From NCBI GenBank assembly GCA_016197405.1, contig JACPVR010000006.1, positions 96,525 to 160,524 on the forward strand: 64,000 bases of DNA. Direction: 5' to 3'. Source of the DNA: Mycobacterium sp. Lineage in GTDB: Bacteria; Actinomycetota; Actinomycetes; Mycobacteriales; Mycobacteriaceae. This document shows positions 58,632-64,000 of the stretch, piece by piece (position 1 is the stretch's first letter; every line of letters starts with the position of its first letter). The position numbers and the translations under genes were made by a program. A model generated the notes under the pieces. The model had not been told where the DNA came from, made no database searches, and saw nothing but the letters and a program-made list of their open reading frames with translations.

Positions 58632-60452
58632 ATGAGTGCGACAACTGATTGGCGCGGCCGCCTCGACGAGCAGTCCGACGATCTGCCCATCGACGAGGCG
58701 CTGCCCCGTCGCCGTGAGGCGCGCGCGCTGCTGTACTCGCTGTTGGCGCCGTATCGCGTCACGGTGGCGTTGCTCGCCGTCGTCGTCGTGGTGGAAAACG
58801 TTGCGCGGCTTTCGGTTCCACTGCTGGTGCAACGTGGTATCGACCACGGTATCCCGCCCATCGCGGCGGGCGGTCCGGCGCGCGAGCTGATGTTCATCGT
58901 CGCGACCCTGGGTGCGGTGGTGCTGGTGCAGGCGGTCAGCCGGATGGTGTTCCTGCGCCGGTCAGGCCAGATCGGGCAGCGGGTGCTGCTGGAACTGCGG
59001 CGGCGGGTGTTCCGGCATTTCGGCCGGCTCGATATCGCCTTCCACGACCGCTACACCTCAGGCCGGGTGGTGAGCCGCTCCACCAATGACGTCGAAGCCA
59101 TCCAGGAAATGCTGGAGACCGGCTTCGACAGCCTGATCACCGCACTGCTCACCCTGGTCGGGACCTCGGCGCTGCTGATAGTGCTCGACTGGCGGCTGGG
59201 TCTGATGTGCCTGGTCGCCTTCCCGATCCTGGTGGCGCTGGCCGCCTGGTTCCGGACCGCCTCGGCCAGGACCTACCGCGATGTCCGCGAGAGCGCGGCG
59301 CTGGTCATCGTGCAGTTCGTCGAGACGATGACCGGTATCAAGGCCGTGCAGGCCTACCGGCGTGAAGACCGCAACCAGGAGATCTTCAGCCGGGTCGCCG
59401 ACCGCTACCGCGACATCAACGAGAAGACCTTCAAGCTGGTCGCGATCTTCATGCCCGGCGTCAAACTGGTCGGCAATCTGACCACCGGCGTCGTGCTGCT
59501 CTACGGCGGGTACCGGGTGTTACACGGTGAGATGACGATCGGCACGCTCGCCGCATTCCTGCTCTACCTGCGGATGTTCTTCGAACCGATGCAGGAGATC
59601 ACGCAGTTCTTCAACACCTTCCAGTCGGCGTCCTCGGCACTGGAGAAGCTCGCCGGTGTACTGGCCCAACGGCCCGCGATCGCCGATCCGGAAACCCCGG
59701 TGGCGATGCCGAAAGCCCACGGCGACATCGTGTTCGACGCTGTCGGGTTCGCCTACGCGGCGGGCCGGCCGGTGATAACGGATCTGGACCTGCGCGTCCC
59801 GGCCGGCCAGACGGTCGCTCTGGTGGGCACCACCGGGGCGGGTAAGACCACCATCGCCAAACTGATCGCCCGGTTCTACGACCCCACGTCGGGTGCGGTG
59901 CGCCTCGACGGTGTCGACCTGCGCGACCTCACGCAGAGCGAGCTGCGCGGCCACGTCGTAATGGTGACGCAGGAGAACTTCCTGTTCTCGGGATCGGTCG
60001 CCGACAACATCCGGTTCGGTCGGCCGAGTGCGACCGATGCCGAGGTGCGCGCCGCCGCCGAAGCCGTCGGCGCCGACACGTTCATCGCTGCGCTGCCGGA
60101 TGGTTATGACACCGATGTCGCCAAACGCGGCGGGCGGCTGTCGGCGGGGCAACGCCAGTTGGTGGCGTTCGCACGCGCCTTCCTGGCCGACCCGGCGGTG
60201 CTGATCCTCGACGAGGCGACCTCATCGCTGGACATCCCGAGCGAGCGGATGGTGCAGCGGGCGCTGGAGACCGTCCTGGCCGACCGGACCGCACTGGTCA
60301 TCGCGCACCGATTGTCGACCGTCTTGACCTCGGATCGGGTTCTTGTTCTTGAGCACGGCCGAATCGTCGAGGACGGCCCGCCGAATGAATTGATCGACGC
60401 CGGTGGCCATTTCGCAGGGTTGCATCGGGCGTGGGAGGACTCGCTGGCGTGA
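58632..60452 (+). CDS. ABC exporter half-transporter with canonical catalytic residues but LSAGQ signature (heterodimer partner B)
   Basis: It has Walker A GTTGAGKT, Q-loop MVTQENFLF, signature LSAGQRQL, Walker B LILDEATSSLD and H-loop VIAHRLST. The start at ATG 58632 lies 7 nt after the upstream stop. Confidence 0.85.
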   Translation: MSATTDWRGRLDEQSDDLPIDEALPRRREARALLYSLLAPYRVTVALLAVVVVVENVARLSVPLLVQRGIDHGIPPIAAGGPARELMFIVATLGAVVLVQAVSRMVFLRRSGQIGQRVLLELRRRVFRHFGRLDIAFHDRYTSGRVVSRSTNDVEAIQEMLETGFDSLITALLTLVGTSALLIVLDWRLGLMCLVAFPILVALAAWFRTASARTYRDVRESAALVIVQFVETMTGIKAVQAYRREDRNQEIFSRVADRYRDINEKTFKLVAIFMPGVKLVGNLTTGVVLLYGGYRVLHGEMTIGTLAAFLLYLRMFFEPMQEITQFFNTFQSASSALEKLAGVLAQRPAIADPETPVAMPKAHGDIVFDAVGFAYAAGRPVITDLDLRVPAGQTVALVGTTGAGKTTIAKLIARFYDPTSGAVRLDGVDLRDLTQSELRGHVVMVTQENFLFSGSVADNIRFGRPSATDAEVRAAAEAVGADTFIAALPDGYDTDVAKRGGRLSAGQRQLVAFARAFLADPAVLILDEATSSLDIPSERMVQRALETVLADRTALVIAHRLSTVLTSDRVLVLEHGRIVEDGPPNELIDAGGHFAGLHRAWEDSLA

Positions 60453-61414
60453 CGCTCAACCAGCTTCGCGCGTTCGTCGAAGCGCAACGCACCGGTTCGT
60501 TCACGGCAGCCGCCGAGGCCATGCAGATGGCCCAGGCGTCGGTCTCGGAGCTGGTGCGCAGGCTTGAGATCGAACTGGGCACCCAGTTGTTCGTGCGCGG
60601 AAGCCGACGGTTGGCCCTGACCGCTGCGGGGGAGGAACTGCTGCCATACGCGCGGCAGTCGGTGCAGGCCGCCGACGGCGGGGTGCACGCGGTGCGATCC
60701 GCCGGATCCCTCGGCGGCGGCACCGCGACTTTCGGGGTGCCGCGTAACGCCGACTACTACCTGTTGTCCAGCCTGGTGCAGACCTTCCACATGCGCTACC
60801 CGCAGGTCCGGGTGCGGTTGGTCGGACAGAACTCAGCCGAGACGGCAGCGGCGATCCAGGCCGGCGAGATCGAGGCGGGCATGCTGATCCTGCCGATCGA
60901 CGATGAGGATCTCACCGTGCGCCCGCTGCTGCGCGATGAGGTGTTCTACGTCAGTGCGGATCCTGAGCACACCGAAAAGCCGGTGACGATAACGCAATTC
61001 GCTGAAGCGGACTTGGTGCTCTATGACGCGCACTACGGCTGGAAGGACCCGACGCGACGCCAGCTCGCCGACCGCGCTCAGTTGGCCGGGCTCCGGCTGG
61101 AACCGAGGATCGAGATCGAGCATGTCGAAGCCGCCCTTCGTCTGGTGGCGGGGCGATTCGGCGACACCATCGTCAGCGGTGCGGTGATCGACAGCGCGGC
61201 GTTCCCGGCCGGGCTGCACATCGCGCCGTTCGCCGAGCCGTTGTACGACACCATCGCACTCGCCCAGCACCGCGCCCGCCCGCTGTCCAACGCGACCAGG
61301 GAGTTCGCCCGGCTTGCCGAGGACACCATTCGCGAATTGGCGGCGCTGCCGGCAGATTCTCGCGGCGAATCCGGGCGTCCGACGGTTCCGCTCATCACTC
61401 GGCGGCGGGTCTGA
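60449..61414 (+). CDS. LysR-family transcriptional regulator
   Basis: The HTH is LNQLRAFVEAQRTGSFTAAAEAMQMAQASVSELVRRLEIELGTQLFVR. GTG 60449 overlaps the ABC gene stop (GTGA). Confidence 0.85.
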   Translation: MTLNQLRAFVEAQRTGSFTAAAEAMQMAQASVSELVRRLEIELGTQLFVRGSRRLALTAAGEELLPYARQSVQAADGGVHAVRSAGSLGGGTATFGVPRNADYYLLSSLVQTFHMRYPQVRVRLVGQNSAETAAAIQAGEIEAGMLILPIDDEDLTVRPLLRDEVFYVSADPEHTEKPVTITQFAEADLVLYDAHYGWKDPTRRQLADRAQLAGLRLEPRIEIEHVEAALRLVAGRFGDTIVSGAVIDSAAFPAGLHIAPFAEPLYDTIALAQHRARPLSNATREFARLAEDTIRELAALPADSRGESGRPTVPLITRRRV

Positions 61415-61453
61415 GCTGCACTTTTACCTAGGTATCGGTTTATCCTGTGGTTA

Positions 61454-62863
61454 ATGCAGGAGTTGCCCATCGAGTCCTTTGTTTCAAATATGCCTAACGT
61501 CCCGGGCATGCAGATCACCACCGACGAAGCTCGTGCCCTCGGACCGTTCACCTGGCTGAAGAAGCCCGCAATCGACGGACCTCCGGCGCAGCGTGACCCG
61601 CAGGTCACCGAACGGGTTTCGCAGATGCTGTCCGATATCGAGCACCGCGGCCTCGACGCCGTCCGTGCCTACGCCAGGGAACTGGACGCCTGGACCGGCG
61701 ACCTTGAGGTGAGTGCAGCCGACCTGCGTCGCAGTGGGGATGCCCTGCCTGCCGATGTGCGCGCCGCACTCGAACTCGGCTACGACCGCACCAACCGATT
61801 CGCCACCGCCCAGCGGGCGCACCTGTCCGATTTCGAGGTCGATCTCGCACCGGGAGTGGTCGGCGGCGTGCAGTACATCCCCGTCACTCGGGTCGGCGCA
61901 TATCTTCCGGCCGGCAGGTTCCCGCTACTGGCCAGCGCTTTCATGACGGTCGGAGTGGCCAAAGCCGCGGGTGTGCCCACGGTGCTGGCGTGCACGCCGC
62001 CGTCGGGCGAACACGGTGCCCACCCGGCGGTGTTGTACGGCGCCTACCTGTCTCAGGCTGACCGAGTCTTCGCCATCGGCGGTGTCCAGGCGATGGGTGC
62101 CATGGCATTCGGACTCCTCGGCGAGGCGCCGGTGGACATGATCGTCGGCGCGGGAAATGCCTTCGTCACCGAAGCCAAGCGCCAGCTGTTCGGCCGCGTC
62201 GGCATCGACCTGCTCGCCGGACCGTCCGAGGTTGCGGTGCTCGCCGACGAGACCGCCGACCCGGAATGGGTGGCCGCCGATCTGCTGGGCCAGGCCGAGC
62301 ACGGGCCGAACTCGCCGGCAGCGCTGATCACCACCTCGGAATCCCTGGGCCGCAGAGTCATCGAGGCGATCGACCGGCAACTGGAAACATTGGCGACACG
62401 CGAGATCGCCGGCGCGGCGTGGCGCGATTACGGTTCGGTGGTGGTTGCTCGTGACCGGGCGCAGGCCGCCGCCATCTCGGACGTGCTTGGGCCCGAGCAC
62501 CTGGAAGTTCAGACCAGTGACGACGACTACTTCCTCAAGGAGTTGCGCAACTACGGGTCGTTGTTCCTCGGACCGTGGAGCACGGTGGCGTACTCGGACA
62601 AGGGTATTGCCGGTACCAATCACGTTCTGCCGACCGGGAAGACCGCCCGCTACAACGCCGGTCTATCGGTGTCCCGGTTCCTCAAGCCGCTGACATATCA
62701 GCGTGCCCAGCGAGAGGCCACCGCGGCGTTGGCGCCCGCAGTGGAACGGATCTCAGCCTTCGAAGGCCTGGCCGCGCACGAAGCCACCGCAACGATCCGG
62801 ATCGACGAAATCGGCAGGTATTCCGGTGCATTTGACGGAACACCCGCGGTGAACCGGGCCTGA
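61454..62863 (+). CDS. histidinol-dehydrogenase-family (HisD-like) NAD-dependent dehydrogenase, paralogue of unknown substrate
   Basis: The HisD-family blocks are VGAYLPAGRFPLLASAFMTVGVAKAAGV, IDLLAGPSEVAVLAD and LLGQAEHGPNS. There are no other his genes nearby. Confidence 0.75.
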   Translation: MQELPIESFVSNMPNVPGMQITTDEARALGPFTWLKKPAIDGPPAQRDPQVTERVSQMLSDIEHRGLDAVRAYARELDAWTGDLEVSAADLRRSGDALPADVRAALELGYDRTNRFATAQRAHLSDFEVDLAPGVVGGVQYIPVTRVGAYLPAGRFPLLASAFMTVGVAKAAGVPTVLACTPPSGEHGAHPAVLYGAYLSQADRVFAIGGVQAMGAMAFGLLGEAPVDMIVGAGNAFVTEAKRQLFGRVGIDLLAGPSEVAVLADETADPEWVAADLLGQAEHGPNSPAALITTSESLGRRVIEAIDRQLETLATREIAGAAWRDYGSVVVARDRAQAAAISDVLGPEHLEVQTSDDDYFLKELRNYGSLFLGPWSTVAYSDKGIAGTNHVLPTGKTARYNAGLSVSRFLKPLTYQRAQREATAALAPAVERISAFEGLAAHEATATIRIDEIGRYSGAFDGTPAVNRA

Positions 62864-63714
62864 TGGCCACGCGGCAGTTGCGTGTCACGGCGATATCGGT
62901 GAACGCCGATATCGGTGCCCTCGCGGACAACCTGACCAGGATCGGGCAGGCGCTGGCGTCTGCGGCCGGCGCGCAGCTGATCGTCCTGCCCGAATTATGT
63001 ACCAGTGGATATGTATTCCGTGACCGCGAAGAGGCATGTCGACTGGCCCTGAGGGCCGATGATCCACGCCTGACCGCACTGGCGGCGCACCTGTCGTCGG
63101 GTTCGGTGGCGGTCATAGGTTTCTGCGAGGCTGCCGGGGACCGGTTGTTCAATTCGGCGTTGGTGCTGGACGACGGTGGAGTCCTGGGCTGCTATCGCAA
63201 ATCCCATTTGTGGGGTACCGAGCACGAGATCTTCACTCGGGGTGACCAAGCCGGTGCGGTATTCGACACACCGATCGGCCGGCTCGGCGTCGCGATCTGC
63301 TACGACAACGAATTCCCCGAATTGCCAAGGAAATTGGCACTTTCCGGAGCTGATGTACTGGCACTTCCGGTGAACTGGCCGTTGGTGTCCCGCCCGTCGG
63401 GGGAATACCCGCCGGAGACCATCCAGGCGATGGCGGCCGCCCGGTCGTCGCGGTTGGCCACGGTGATCGCCGATCGATGCGGAGTCGAACGCGGTGTCGC
63501 GTGGACCGCAGGCACGGCGGTGATATCGGCCGACGGCTGGATCGTGGGCACCCCGAATCGGGACAACCGCGCCGATGCCGTGCTCGATCTCCACCAGGAC
63601 AAGGCTATCGGGCCGCATAACGACCTGTTCGCCGATCGTCGTCCAGACCTGTACGGGGACATCGTGGTTCCGCAAGCCGATCATCACAACCAGAAGCGAG
63701 GAATCCGTGTCTGA
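62863..63714 (+). CDS. carbon-nitrogen hydrolase (nitrilase-superfamily amidohydrolase)
   Basis: The Glu-Lys-Cys triad contexts are LIVLPELCTSGY, CYRKSHLWG and GVAICYDNEFPE. The ATG overlaps the upstream stop (TGATG). Confidence 0.85.
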   Translation: MATRQLRVTAISVNADIGALADNLTRIGQALASAAGAQLIVLPELCTSGYVFRDREEACRLALRADDPRLTALAAHLSSGSVAVIGFCEAAGDRLFNSALVLDDGGVLGCYRKSHLWGTEHEIFTRGDQAGAVFDTPIGRLGVAICYDNEFPELPRKLALSGADVLALPVNWPLVSRPSGEYPPETIQAMAAARSSRLATVIADRCGVERGVAWTAGTAVISADGWIVGTPNRDNRADAVLDLHQDKAIGPHNDLFADRRPDLYGDIVVPQADHHNQKRGIRV

Positions 63715-64000
63715 TTCACCCGCGATCGAGTCGAAGTCCATCGACTGGATCCCCCTGACCGAACGTCGAGGAAAGCCGTCGACACTGTTCCCACTGTGGT
63801 TCATGTCCAACGCAAACCTCACCACACTGGCAACCGGGATGGTCGGCGCCGCGCTCGGTGCGTCATTCCTCACCTCGCTGGTTGCCATCGTCACCGGCGC
63901 TGCCGTCGGCACCGTGTTCACCGCGTTCCATTCTGCGCAGGGTCCGCAACTGGGACTGCCCCAGATGATCCAGTCCCGTGCGCAATTCGGGTATCGCGGG
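63707..64000 (+). CDS. NCS1-family (purine-cytosine/hydantoin-type) permease, N-terminal part; continues beyond window
   Basis: My own translation from GTG 63707 gives VSDSPAIESKSIDWIPLTERRGKPSTLFPLWFMSNANLTTLATGMVGAAL... This is the typical CodB/NCS1 N-terminus. It overlaps the hydrolase gene by 8 nt. Confidence 0.7.
   Translation, partial: MSDSPAIESKSIDWIPLTERRGKPSTLFPLWFMSNANLTTLATGMVGAALGASFLTSLVAIVTGAAVGTVFTAFHSAQGPQLGLPQMIQSRAQFGYRG

Noticed and set aside
54388-58897. 707-aa and 810-aa minus-strand ORFs
   Set aside because: They are antisense to two ABC exporter genes whose Walker A/B, signature and H-loop motifs are all readable on the plus strand.
61415-61453. LysR T-N11-A box between the LysR gene and the HisD-like gene
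   Set aside because: I could not find a convincing dyad in the 39-nt spacer, so any call would be guesswork.

Overview
GC-rich actinobacterial chromosome segment. From memory, gene content and order follow the Mycobacteriaceae core block that runs Rv0858c (dapC) to Rv0903c (prrA) in M. tuberculosis. In order: dapC, fadA-fadB, XPB helicase with its partner gene, moaC-mog-moaE, rpfA, moaD-moaA, cspB, sepH, serC, fprB, citA, gltA, arfABC and prrBA. Blocks typical of fast-growing mycobacteria are interspersed. These are 7.3-13.3 kb (monooxygenase/TetR, F420-type LLM oxidoreductase, DUF35 plus thiolase-like pair, VOC proteins), pdxH/MFS/TetR, and 52.5-64 kb (PLD-like protein plus split ChrA, three ABC exporter genes, LysR, and a HisD-like/CN-hydrolase/NCS1-permease operon). 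I call 68 protein-coding genes. Many starts were moved from the ORF-track start to the position supported by domain boundaries, 4-nt overlaps or RBS. I saw no rRNA, tRNA, CRISPR array, transposase, integrase or phage gene. Non-coding features I can support are a ydaO-type (c-di-AMP) riboswitch in the rpfA leader, several hairpin terminators, candidate TetR/MarR/CRP operators, and a MIRU-like ~53-58 bp repeat family at four loci. Most unusual observations: (1) fadA and fadB are both clipped at their junction, which is either an apparent ~0.15 kb deletion or an assembly collapse. (2) The repeat family keeps a conserved 9-nt loop while its stem arms co-vary between loci. (3) There is an uncharacterised LysR/HisD-like/CN-hydrolase/NCS1 module and a PLD-like gene translationally coupled to split chrA. 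I did not find a convincing multi-gene defence-like or otherwise clearly new system. The long antisense or out-of-frame ORFs in the track are ordinary high-GC artefacts. Family calls come from motifs I recognise by eye, not from database searches.
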